From the NCBI GenBank assembly GCA_965207445.1, contig CBDBLX010000002.1, forward strand, positions 416,001-480,000: DNA of 64,000 bases, in the 5' to 3' direction. Below the pieces are notes generated by a model, which had not been told where the DNA came from, ran no database searches, and saw only the letters and a program-made list of their open reading frames with translations. Position 1 is the first letter of the stretch. Every line of letters begins with the position of its first letter. The DNA is from Nitrosopumilus sp. (lineage in GTDB: Archaea > Thermoproteota > Nitrososphaeria > Nitrososphaerales > Nitrosopumilaceae). Position numbers and translations under genes: made by a program. Of the stretch, positions 21,409 to 31,638 are shown piece after piece.

Positions 21409-21487
21409 AATTGCGCAACGATTCATAAAGACAAGAATGATGCGTCCAGAATTGCGCAACGATTCATAAAGACAAGAATGATGCGTC
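21409..21487 (+). repeat. Tandem duplication, 38-bp identical unit with 41-bp period
   Basis: AATTGCGCAACGATTCATAAAGACAAGAATGATGCGTC x2. Confidence 0.95.
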
Positions 21488-21499
21488 GTTATTATAGTC

Positions 21500-21591
21500 A
21501 CTGCCGTCCATGCGAACGGCAGCGCGTATTTTGCCTATCGTTGTTTAGAACGATAGCGCGCATTTGGAACTGCCGTCCATGCGAACGGCAG
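21500..21591 (+). repeat. Two identical 23-bp palindromic repeats separated by 46 bp
   Basis: ACTGCCGTCCATGCGAACGGCAG at 21500 and 21569. Confidence 0.9.
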
Positions 21592-21716
21592 TGTGTATAA
21601 TACCTTATGCACCCCGGAGTCTCAATTTAAGCATTCTGATCCGCAGTCCGGTGTAGGTGCGCACCCACCACGTCCCGTCTTTTCGGCTACGCGGCGCACG
21701 TCTTGTAAGCGACATG

Positions 21717-21985
21717 CTATTCCGCCATCTTGTAGAGCCCGTTCGCGTTGCTCATCACGGGGTCGCCCGGGACTACCACCTTGAACTCCTTTAGCTTGGC
21801 GGCCAGCCTCTCCTGCATGCCGGGGATCAGCAATACCTCTCTCGAGAGCGCTACTGCATACCGGTTGCCGTACTGCCCGGACACGTCGTGTATCTCGCGG
21901 GCCAGGTTATCGGCCATTATCTTTGCGTACCTGTGGCACACGTCGTGGTTCCTGTGGAGCAGGTCCGTGTCGAGGTGGGCGTACC
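21717..21985 (-). pseudogene. C-terminal fragment of a ParM/StbA-like actin ATPase
   Basis: Ends in DPVMSNANGLYKMA, like the actin-fold connect-2 motif; GC-rich patch with an abrupt upstream boundary. Confidence 0.55.
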
Positions 21986-22217
21986 TGCCTATCTTTCTAT
22001 ATAAACACTGATTAACTGTGTTTTCAAGAGAACATCCTTGCAGTCTTTAATAAATAATAAGAAAGTGCCATCAAGACTCAATTGCATTGATGGCTCTACG
22101 TATAATGGCTTTAATATCTGGGTCTGATATCTCAGCCTCACATTGACGTAACCCCGTTGTATCGTACATATAATACAAAATATGCCCACTTTTTTAAACA
22201 TTACTAAAACCCTATGT

Positions 22218-22505
22218 ATGGATGAAGGTTTAATGAACTCTGTAAAATATGCATATAAAGAAGTTCTCAGTAATTTAGAAATAGCTAACATAGATCTAAT
22301 GAATGCAGAATCTGATAAACTTGGTGCAGAACAGACATTAGACAAGGCAAAAGATAACTATCATAACGCCGAAGTTGAACTTGAGCAGGCAAAAACAACC
22401 CTTGAATCATGTAAAACCCGTGTTAATGAATTAACAGAATGTAGTGATAATTTACGTATAGTAATTGACAATTTACGTATAGTAATTGACAATAATAATA
22501 ACTAA
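22218..22505 (+). CDS. Small coiled-coil hypothetical protein
   Basis: Heptad-like E/K/L-rich ORF; 21-bp tandem duplication near the end; start uncertain (22182 or 22218). Confidence 0.55.
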   Translation: MDEGLMNSVKYAYKEVLSNLEIANIDLMNAESDKLGAEQTLDKAKDNYHNAEVELEQAKTTLESCKTRVNELTECSDNLRIVIDNLRIVIDNNNN

Positions 22506-22677
22506 TCCATTTTTTTGAGATTACATAGGTATTCCAGACAACCTACGCACTCTTTGACATTGAGGGCACATGCACATATCAAAATATTGTGATGGATTCC
22601 ATGGGTAATGAATTATCAAGCGATTAATACCAAGCTACCATAAAGTAACGGCATGATTTACAACTCATCTTTACATT

Positions 22678-22795
22678 GCATACTGATACGATTAAAGATC
22701 CGATATTTTGATTGATATTCATCTCAAAGTTGAGCACATATTATGAATACAAAATATTAGAAAACTATCGGATCTTTAATGAAACTATTATGCAC
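22678..22795. mobile_element. ~118-bp repeat element (family C) with internal ATTAAAGATCCGATA inverted repeats
   Basis: Inverted copy at 30963-31080, partial copy at 51636-51711. Confidence 0.85.
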
Positions 22796-22944
22796 ATACT
22801 GACAACGGTCCGTATGCCGGGAGCAGGACTGCTCAACGTTCTTGTGCCCGCGTTCATTCCTGCCTGGATGCAGCAGGTCGGATAAAACAGATGCGGTAGC
22901 AGGCGGGGTCCCAGTTACTATATACGAAGCCCCATATACCATGA

Positions 22945-23145
22945 TCAGTCAACGCTGCAGTTAGGCATAGAGTGTAGTTTTGGACTTGACAATCCCCGAT
23001 GAACGGGATCAAACCCCATGATGCACATGTATAAATCCGAAAACGGATCCTGCGGGTTCCTATATGCGTACATGGGTATTATCACAACCAGTACGATCAA
23101 GAGGCCGACTACAATTACACTAATCCTGAAAAACAACTTGTCCAT
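22945..23145 (-). CDS. Small membrane-anchored partner protein of cassette 3
   Basis: One TM helix, 2 Cys, own TATA-like box just upstream, directly downstream of the protease. Confidence 0.65.
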   Translation of the reverse strand: MDKLFFRISVIVVGLLIVLVVIIPMYAYRNPQDPFSDLYMCIMGFDPVHRGLSSPKLHSMPNCSVD

Positions 23146-23197
23146 GCTCGGTCACCATATTATTTGTATATATAAGAAAAGAGTGTCTGTTGCAGAT

Positions 23198-24457
23198 TTA
23201 GTTTAAGACTGCTGTTATGTCCATTTCGTCGGCTATGTTGTCATACGCGGCGTGATAGACGCCCCACAAGTCGTGCGTGGTGAGTATCCAGTACAGGTTT
23301 CCTTTGTCTCCACTTGCAACTATTGGTCCGCCGCTGTCACCGTGTTTAAAAGCCACGTTGGATCTTACAAGATCCCGCATGATCTCTCCATCAAGAAGAT
23401 TCAGTACCGTAACGTGTAGCGCGGAGATTGTCCCAAAGGTTACGCCACTGGCCTGTCCTGACTTCATTATCGTGTCGTTTTGCTGTTGGGCCTGAGATGT
23501 CGTGTTTGTGACCCTGTGGAGTCCGCCGCCGTACACCATGTCGTTTGTTGTATTTGAACTGCTGGTGACTATCCACGCGCAATCACAATAGGTTCCGCGA
23601 TAATATTTTTCCACAGACACGGTGCCTATGTTGCTTCCTCGAGCATTGCGTACGTCTTCTCCCACTTGACTTTCTGCGCAGTGGCCCGCGGTTATCCAAC
23701 CCCATGTTGTGCCTTTTTTGGCCTTAAAGCCAAAACTGCATCTTTCTACATCCCTCTTGGGATCCGCGCTGTCTATCTCGATGTAGTTCCCGCCTATTAT
23801 CGGCGCGCATATTCGTTGCGTGCACGATGCCGTTTCCGCCGGGGTGGAGTATACCGCGTGCCAGGGAGCACCCGGTGGCATCATATCCTCGAGATCACTT
23901 ACAATGTACCTGATGTTGGTGGAATTTACCGTGGCGTTGTTCAGCCACACCTGGATTTCTTGACTGTCGATGTCTATCCTGATGCTGGTGACAAACCAAA
24001 GCGTTGTGGAGTTGAACAGTCTGAGTTCGAATGCATCCTGCTGCGCAATCAGTTGCGAAAGCCCCTCTTCTGGGATGTCTCGTTCGTGGTTTTTCTCCTC
24101 TATTGCCCTGATTTCAGACTCTATCTCACTTACGCGCGTATGATTTGTCTGATCTCCTGCGTCAGCCCCATGGGAACTGCCCAGTTTTTCTGCTTCCCTG
24201 TACAGTTTCCCAAGCCTCTCTGATATTTTTGCGCGTTCCAGCTTCTCCCGCATTCGCTCTTCAGTCTTGTCTCTGGGATGCGTCTCGTCTATGTCCCGAT
24301 CCGTGATCTTTTCTGCGTCCGGGTGCAAAAGTTCATCTAGCAGCGTTGCCGCATCCTCTTCTCCCGCGGCGTCTTCAATAATGCCTGCCGCTACAAGTGA
24401 CGCCAAGGTGACGTCCACCGGCAGCGCGACTGTGATTGTTTCTGGTTTGGCTTGCAT
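23198..24457 (-). CDS. S1 (chymotrypsin-like) serine protease with N-terminal pro-region
   Basis: TAGHC, CDC and GDSGG catalytic triad motifs; degenerate signal peptide. Confidence 0.88.
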   Translation of the reverse strand: MQAKPETITVALPVDVTLASLVAAGIIEDAAGEEDAATLLDELLHPDAEKITDRDIDETHPRDKTEERMREKLERAKISERLGKLYREAEKLGSSHGADAGDQTNHTRVSEIESEIRAIEEKNHERDIPEEGLSQLIAQQDAFELRLFNSTTLWFVTSIRIDIDSQEIQVWLNNATVNSTNIRYIVSDLEDMMPPGAPWHAVYSTPAETASCTQRICAPIIGGNYIEIDSADPKRDVERCSFGFKAKKGTTWGWITAGHCAESQVGEDVRNARGSNIGTVSVEKYYRGTYCDCAWIVTSSSNTTNDMVYGGGLHRVTNTTSQAQQQNDTIMKSGQASGVTFGTISALHVTVLNLLDGEIMRDLVRSNVAFKHGDSGGPIVASGDKGNLYWILTTHDLWGVYHAAYDNIADEMDITAVLN

Positions 24458-24794
24458 GTTATTACTATGGGTCCGTAGCTTTTGTTATATTGCGATTGAT
24501 TCTGATTTGCGGTATGTCTTTTGTGATTTCGGGTTCGAAACATCGAACCCCATCACTACTTTTTATGTGAGCTTTTTAGGGAGTTACTCCAAATGCCTAA
24601 TTTTTAATTAATTAGTCTCTGAGTGAGAGCAGCTTGGCTGAGGGTTGCTTTTTGAACAACTGTAATTTGATACGTCCTCTATATGCCAGATCGTATGAGG
24701 TCTGTTTTTTTTTGGAGATGCGTTGTTTTTGTGGCAATGAATTTGTTTCGGTGCCAGTGGGTTCTTGTACAAACACGTCGACATAGTTGGCGCG

Positions 24795-25283
24795 CTAATC
24801 CAGCAGGCATGTGTCATACCCATAAAGATCAGACAGATTGGTAGACTGAATGTCTGGTTTGGGATATCGATCTGGAGCAGAAAGACATGAAATTGTTCTG
24901 TAAACAAAGCCCTCTTTATGCTGCAGATCCAGCTCGAGGCGATTGCCATGTATGTCATGCTGGGATACAGTCAGCACGGTGGATCCGTCAATTGCCACTC
25001 TAAATTCGTCAGTAGAGTTTGGGTACATTGATTTGAATTTTTTGTAAACGGGGCTCTTTTGCAGTTCAGTGTATCCTTTAATCTCCGGGGATTCGTCAAG
25101 CATTGCGTTCTTAACTGCAAAATACAGCGTCTTCATCCTGTCACCCGCACTCGTCCCGGGTATCTGGTTTGGCAGCGATTCAAGGTATGTGACTGCAAGT
25201 GTTGTTATTATTATGGCCGCCGCACCCATACACAAAAGCACGGTCCTTGACCGGATAGGGAAGACATGCGCGGCGCTCAACAT
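24795..25283 (-). CDS. Membrane-anchored partner protein 4b (tandem paralogue of 4a)
   Basis: TY.ES.PNQ..GT, YFA.K, FKS.YP.ST.EF, GY..CL.D shared with 25284-25757. Confidence 0.8.
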   Translation of the reverse strand: MLSAAHVFPIRSRTVLLCMGAAAIIITTLAVTYLESLPNQIPGTSAGDRMKTLYFAVKNAMLDESPEIKGYTELQKSPVYKKFKSMYPNSTDEFRVAIDGSTVLTVSQHDIHGNRLELDLQHKEGFVYRTISCLSAPDRYPKPDIQSTNLSDLYGYDTCLLD

Positions 25284-25757
25284 TCAGTCCTCTAGACACT
25301 CATTATAACCAATAAAATCAAATGCCGCCTCAAATGGAACCCCTGTGGGGTGAGGCAGGGTATTGTTAGTCGTGCAGTGTACCGCATAAACAAACGGAGG
25401 ACGATTGTCATCTTTCATCATCTCCAAGGTAATGTGGTTGCCGCGGCCGTCGTACTCTGTTACGCGCAGTATCGGGGTGCCGCTTACTGTAGTTTCGAAT
25501 TCCTCAGTAGAGTCGGGGTACGCCGACTTGAACTCTGTATAGATCGGGTGGCTTGTGAATGCGTTGTACTGTTGTATGCCCTCGTGCTCTTCGAATGCGG
25601 ATTTTTTGATTGCAAAATATGCGTTTTGGAATCTGCCACTCATATCTGTGCCTGTCGTTTGGTTTGGTATTGATTCAAAGTACGTAAATCCAATTATCAC
25701 TACGGCGCCCACACATGTGAATGTTACTAACCTCTTGGTAGAAAAAAAGGGATTCAT
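25284..25757 (-). CDS. Membrane-anchored partner protein 4a
   Basis: ATGA overlap with the upstream gene; one TM helix; paralogue of 24795-25283. Confidence 0.8.
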   Translation of the reverse strand: MNPFFSTKRLVTFTCVGAVVIIGFTYFESIPNQTTGTDMSGRFQNAYFAIKKSAFEEHEGIQQYNAFTSHPIYTEFKSAYPDSTEEFETTVSGTPILRVTEYDGRGNHITLEMMKDDNRPPFVYAVHCTTNNTLPHPTGVPFEAAFDFIGYNECLED

Positions 25758-27046
25758 GGTATCCACGAATTTGTAATTCCGCGCAGATACCACACATAGT
25801 GGGGATCGTCTCTGTCACTTGCTTGTACTGTCGTATCGACCTTTGCACATCCGTTACCCGATGCGGTAAAATACACCGGCTGAGACGTGGTTTGAAATTT
25901 GGCTACTGCGCTGTTGTATGCGTGTGCACTGGAGCATGTCATTACATAGATGCGCATGTCGTTGCTCGTTCCGTGACCGGCGCCTGCGGCACCTTCGAGG
26001 TCCGGCGGAGTGGCAAGTACGTTATGTTCTCCCACGCTCCAAGGCTCGTCTTCTTGAACTTTGCATGTGCCGTACGTGCACGTGTAAGGCTCACCGTAGA
26101 CTATGGTATAGTGATAAGTCTCACTCCATGCAAATGCTTTTGGCAAAAGGATTGACAACCAATCAGATGCTACGTCCGGGGGCTGGATGGAATCTTTTTT
26201 GTACGACTCTGTATCCAAGATCTCTTGAAGGGATGTGACATTGCATCCCTGGCTGTACCCGCACGAGGAGATGCTCGCTACGAGAATCCAGTAGTCAGAA
26301 TCGTGCTCAAGCAACTCATCGGGCACGTTTCCGTGAAGCGCAAGCATGTTAAACACGCCTGCCAAATCGGGTGCAAACCCGATAAAGTCGGGTTCTGATA
26401 TGATCTCAGTGAGCCTCTGATCAATCTCTTCTACTGAGTCAGGGGCCGGGTATTTTTCAGCCAGCCAGCCGTGAAACCTCTTGACAGGCTCTGTGTGGTT
26501 GTACTGATCCAGCAGTTTTTGCTTTGCAGCAACTAGTGATGTAATTTCATGCCCAAATCCCGTCTTTTCGATTATCGTGTCAAAGTTGTGAATCTTTGTG
26601 TATGCCAAGACCATTGCTTTGTTCCAACCGTTATCGGGCATTTCTGCTATTGTGTATGTCATTAGAGCGAGCATCATCTCTCTGAATTCTCGCGGGCTTG
26701 AAAACTGGGTTTCCCATTTCTCTCCATATCGTTCGATCAGCTTGTCGTCGTAAATGTCTCCTTCATTCAGCGTAGTTTGCCTCAGATCCGACAGGTCTTG
26801 TTGGTATTTTGCCAAGACGGCTGCATTTTGAGCGGCCTGCGGCGGATCTTCTTCCTGAGTCTTTGTTTTATTGTCTTTGTCTTGTACGTCTGCAACAGTT
26901 TCTTTGTCCACGGTGGCGTTTCTCACATCTGCAATGGAAGCATCATCATCTCCAAATGACGCACCCCTCATGCCAGCTAAAAGCACGATTGCTGTCGACA
27001 GTGCCGCAATCAATATTGTTTTTGTTTGATATGTTTTTTTACGCAT
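25754..27046 (-). CDS. Secreted protein of unrecognised family, paralogue of 18744-19765
   Basis: Signal peptide (KTILIAAL), helical N-domain, LPKAFA junction, 4-Cys C-domain; TATA box upstream. Confidence 0.85.
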   Translation of the reverse strand: MRKKTYQTKTILIAALSTAIVLLAGMRGASFGDDDASIADVRNATVDKETVADVQDKDNKTKTQEEDPPQAAQNAAVLAKYQQDLSDLRQTTLNEGDIYDDKLIERYGEKWETQFSSPREFREMMLALMTYTIAEMPDNGWNKAMVLAYTKIHNFDTIIEKTGFGHEITSLVAAKQKLLDQYNHTEPVKRFHGWLAEKYPAPDSVEEIDQRLTEIISEPDFIGFAPDLAGVFNMLALHGNVPDELLEHDSDYWILVASISSCGYSQGCNVTSLQEILDTESYKKDSIQPPDVASDWLSILLPKAFAWSETYHYTIVYGEPYTCTYGTCKVQEDEPWSVGEHNVLATPPDLEGAAGAGHGTSNDMRIYVMTCSSAHAYNSAVAKFQTTSQPVYFTASGNGCAKVDTTVQASDRDDPHYVWYLRGITNSWIP

Positions 27047-27479
27047 ATTATTACTGCGGTGTAGGTACGTTTGTTATATAACAACTATGATGGGGTTACG
27101 GTATGCCTTTTGCGAATGACTCGGCGACAATGAAACGCGCGTCTTCATATAGCCTAAACCCGCAGAGGAGAATTTAAAAAATGTCTGATTATTTCCGGAT
27201 ATTCTTATGATCGTGCTTTGGCGCTCTTATAATCGAATAACTGGGCATTCCACACCGTTGCGGCGTGATGGCCTCACAAGGGCCGCGGACATGTTGCATG
27301 TCGCAGGCAACGGAACCGATCCGGCACGGGACGGGCATAAACTTGGGAACGCGGTGCGCAGTCCAGCGCGCCGCGGCTACATCTGCGCAGGCGCAGATAT
27401 TTGACATATATGGAGGCCGCGTCACAAATCCTCGTTGGAATATGATCCACAGACATACGGCAACCTGATGGCCTACAAG

Positions 27480-29175
27480 GGAGGTTGGTGCGTAATTCAT
27501 CAAATCGCCACCTACATCGTACTTGCAAAATCATCTACAAATATCGCCAGAGTTTTATATGTATAAATTAAATTAATTAATAAACTCATATATAAAAATA
27601 TCTGCGCGCATATCAAAAGTTACTTATAGGGACATCTCAATTGAATAATTGTGATACGAACAAAGGGGATGTTAAACAGCGTCGACTAGCCAATGTTATC
27701 AACGTATCGTTTGTAAAGTGTGGTGGAATGACGACATATGTGGGGTAGGTTGCCACAACATACTATGCTACACAGAGAATGACGCCCATTATAATGCATG
27801 GCTTGTGATGAATGTGGCGTCTGTTTATTGTTTGTGTAAATTTAGTGTGTGGGTTTCAAATAAGAATAGATTATGGAGGCAGACAGTACAGTGACAGAGT
27901 AGCAGCACAAGCGACACGAAGGTTATTGGCTGTATTACGAACAGACATGCAAATTTGAGCAGGGTTTTATGCGCAAGACATGGATGTCGGCGATACGAAA
28001 AAATTCACATCCGTACAAGGAAAAGAAGACAAATAGAGGAGGATGCGAGCCTGTACACTTGCGTGGCAAGATGGATTTTTTGTGCCTTTAAAAAGTTGCA
28101 AAAAATATTCCTTTTCGTGACGTGATAAATGATCTTGGACATATGCAGGATGAGCAAGTTGACGAGCCGGAGCCTGATTAGTTGGGTAACAAAACATGTG
28201 CAAACAATTGATCTCGACTGGTTTGATTCTATTTTGGCATATGCTGCCAATATGTGTCTAAATAAACTTGAAAAATCAGGGACAAATCCGGTACCGATAA
28301 AAGGTAAAGAGTTCATATTTACGCACGGATCCGAGGATTTTGAGGGCGGTAAACAAGACGTAAAAAAAGAACCTACAGGTACGATTGGGATAGACAGTAG
28401 TGTCGGGGGCAGAAAGACTGACAGATACGAAAAACAACAAAGACCAAATCATTTACTACACGACTTAACTGACACGCATCAAGACGTACCTAAAATATCA
28501 TATTATTTGATAAGCGGACACCAGATCATACTTGCATCATACACAACTCCACGCAATGCAAGTGTCACATCAATGCTTCCATATGTGGTCAACTTTCTCG
28601 TAAAAACTATACACAGATTGAAAAACGCTTATTCAACGGAGACAAGAGATACATTCGGATCAAAACTGTGAGACAATATTTGATGCAAACATGAAACCGA
28701 ACATAAAACAGCGCAATCATACAGCAGGTCATACAAACCGTGGTAAACCACCAAGCAGAAAAAAGGTAGCAGAAATCTTTGACAAAGATGCATACAAACA
28801 ACGCGCATTTATCGAGGCAATTTGGAGCAGTAGAAGAGACAAAGAATCACAGGCTACACTGTCGTATGCGCCTGGCCAAAAACAGAAAGCGGTTTGGTAA
28901 AATACTATCGATTGCATGGAATATCAACGTCCTGAACAGATTTATCTGCGCTCATAAAAAAGGGCAAAAGATTCCATCATACAAATTAGTGACTGCTATC
29001 ACACTTACACGTTTCATGTTCTATAACCTGTCTGCCAAAACAACACACATGTATATTCAAAAACAAAACACACTATAGATAGATTTCAGTCTTTTGTAGA
29101 TTAAATGTGCAATAAACCGAATAAGTTCACAGACGGGTCACAGGCAGTCCAAATGTCAATTACGCACCAACCTCC
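27480..29175 (+). mobile_element. ~1.7-kb IS (IS5/IS4-type DDE), transposase pseudogenised
   Basis: Perfect TIR GGAGGTTGGTGCGTAATT; fragments with IGIDS and YKQRAFIEA motifs across several frames. Confidence 0.88.
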
Positions 29176-29213
29176 CTGCTCGCTCGTTGACTACACACGT
29201 GCCTCAATTTGAG

Positions 29214-29459
29214 TTATACATCTCTTACAACCTCGCGTTTAGCTAACTGCTCCCACGCACCAATGTTGTCTTCGCAGTTGTACGATTTGTATTTTTGAAG
29301 AGTTTCGCGAGTATTCTCACCCTCAATTGCCAAATCGATCATTTCATCATATGTTTCGGCGCAAATTGATAATGTTTCTGTATATGCTTGATTGAATATT
29401 AACAATGCACTAAGAATAATTATGCCTGCGATTATTGAAACTATGAAAGGAGTCTTCAT
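29214..29459 (-). CDS. Small membrane-anchored partner protein of cassette 5
   Basis: One TM helix, 2 Cys, downstream of the protease. Confidence 0.7.
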   Translation of the reverse strand: MKTPFIVSIIAGIIILSALLIFNQAYTETLSICAETYDEMIDLAIEGENTRETLQKYKSYNCEDNIGAWEQLAKREVVRDV

Positions 29460-29703
29460 AATACCACAACTGATAAGCCATGTATAGTTAGGACATGCCT
29501 AGTGGGGACTACGTCGTACTCGCATGATGTCGATCCCAGGTAGTTTGATAGGCGTTGTACAAGCATACTTGATCCAATTGCGGCACACCTCATATGCAGA
29601 CGCCTCAGACGTGGAACCTGCAAACCGTGCCTGCCTCTGGACGTGAGCCCGAGGTGGGAACTAGGTGTATATTCCATGAGTAAAAATGAATTAGGGAGCA
29701 AAC

Positions 29704-30904
29704 TCATCTCAATGGTCCCAAGCCGGTTGTTGAATCATTGATATTTTCCCAAGGTGTGTAGTAGCTTGCAGATGAGGATGTTGTCTTGTTCATTCCATGG
29801 AAATTGTCTTCTGCCGAATTCGTAACGGCGCCTCCACTGTCGCCACGGTCCATTACATCAGTAGTGGTGGAAACTACATCGAACCAAATTCCATCGATGT
29901 AGACTCTACTTTCTGGATCGTCTACTATGCCATAATCAAGATTACTCGTCGCTCCGTGGATGACTATGTTAGCTCCGGCAGCTGAGCGATCAGTAAAGCC
30001 GGTTATCGTTGTCCAATCATTAGTGTTACTCCATACCGCCCGTTCGCTGTCATCCTCACTGCTTTGCTCCACCCAGGCGCAGTCGCATTCTGCTTGGTAC
30101 AAGTCAATTTCTACGTCTCCAACCTTGTTCCACCCTAGCCAGTCCTCGGTTGGCTGGAAAACATCGTCGCCGGAACCACTGGCGTCATCCACACAATGGC
30201 CGGCAGTGATGAATCCATCAACGCCGTTACGTTCCATAGGCAGTCCTATGGTACAGTACGAATGATTTTTGGACTCCATCTTAATTCCGCCAATGAGGGG
30301 GGTTACAGTTGGAATTAGGATGGGTGCAAGACGCATCAACTATAGTGTCGAACTTTACCTGTACTGATAGATCCGCATATCTGCGCTCAATTATGTCTGT
30401 GTAATATGTCTCATTTTTTTCGACAGTAATTTGACTTGCGTCAACAGTAACTACCAAGGCGTGATGAAGGCCGCTAACAGATACACCGATTAATGGCAAA
30501 TTGGATCCCACCACATCGTCTTGTGCGACACGTAGCTTTTGTTCTAATGCAGATTCAATTTTGTACCTTTCTATTCTTTCCTGTTCCATTTGATCTAGAA
30601 TGTTTTCATAATTTACAACGTCCTGTTTTAATTTTTCAATCTTTGATTGCAATTTAGCAATTTCTGCTGACGTTCTATTGCCGTCACTAATCATCGATTG
30701 GAGTTGTTTTTGGAATTCCTTCAATTCGCTCTTTGCAAATGAATATGGCTCCATCACTTCCCTCAACTTTTGAACTTTTGCTAATGCCTTGTTATCGTCT
30801 TGATCGGGTACTGCGCTAATTTGCGTTATGGAAACTGAGAGGATTATTGCAGATGACGATACTACAACCAATGCAATTTGTGTCGTTTTTGAAGTATTTT
30901 TCAT
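29704..30904 (-). pseudogene. Secreted S1 serine protease, frameshifted at a C6 run between pro-region and catalytic domain
   Basis: Signal peptide and coiled-coil pro-region in one frame; TAGHC, CDC, GDSGG in another; removing one base at 30297-30302 gives CNPLIGG. Confidence 0.85.
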
Positions 30905-30962
30905 GCTGTTGCCACTACATGTGCGCCCCCGTGTTATATAAGCACGTATATTAAAATCTGGA

Positions 30963-31080
30963 GTGCCTAATAATTTCATTAAAGATCAGATAGTTTTCTA
31001 ATATTTTGTATTCATAATATGTGCTCAACTTCGAGATGAATATCAATCAAAATATCGGATCTTTAATCATATCAGTATGC
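30963..31080. mobile_element. Family C repeat element, copy 2
   Basis: Reverse complement of 22678-22795. Confidence 0.85.
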
Positions 31081-31638
31081 CTTTTTGGAAGATAGGATCC
31101 AGATCCGCGACTCGGAGGCATAGGAGTGACCCGACAGGCAGCAAGCGGAGTCGCTGTGACGTAATGCGTAGCAGACGCATTTGGAGACGCGCCGCAGCCT
31201 CCACATGACAAATCTCGCGCGCGGACGGACGCGCCGTGCCCCCATCGAGGCCAGCGTCGACAAATAACCAACGGGAGGATGACCACTGCGGCGACAATAT
31301 TTTGGCCTGCGAGCACCTGCCGCCCTCAACTATGAGGGCGTACGACCTGCCGAATATGCGGCTGAAGCGAGAGGCAAGACTTGACAAGTTTACCAAGGAT
31401 ACAGGTGTGCTTATCCATTGCACGGGCGTTCCAACAAGCAAGGAGAGGCGATCCCTGACATCAAGGACATCTGTACGGCACGCAGTGTGGATACTGCAAC
31501 CTATGCAGAAATTGGTTTGAGCATCACCACTTAGAGGTCGACCACGTCATACCAAAGGCCAAGGGCGGGCCCGATGATGGTGACAATTCAGTTACTGTGC
31601 AAATACTCAACCGCATCAAGGGCATGCGCACCACGGAA

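Noticed and set aside
21500..21591. Calling this or 63466-63571 a CRISPR array
   Set aside because: Only two repeats each, no cas genes or clear leader; kept as repeats and findings.
24525..24556. GGGTTCGA hairpin as another tRNA-derived att site
   Set aside because: Match to the tRNA is only 9 bp; better explained as a small local palindrome.
29456..29707. 83-aa ORF overlapping both neighbours by 4 bp
   Set aside because: Composition is not protein-like; cannot support it as a gene, though translational coupling is not excluded.
16835..30904. Integron-type cassette array
   Set aside because: No common attC-like site between cassettes, mixed orientations, each cassette has its own promoter, and no integron integrase.
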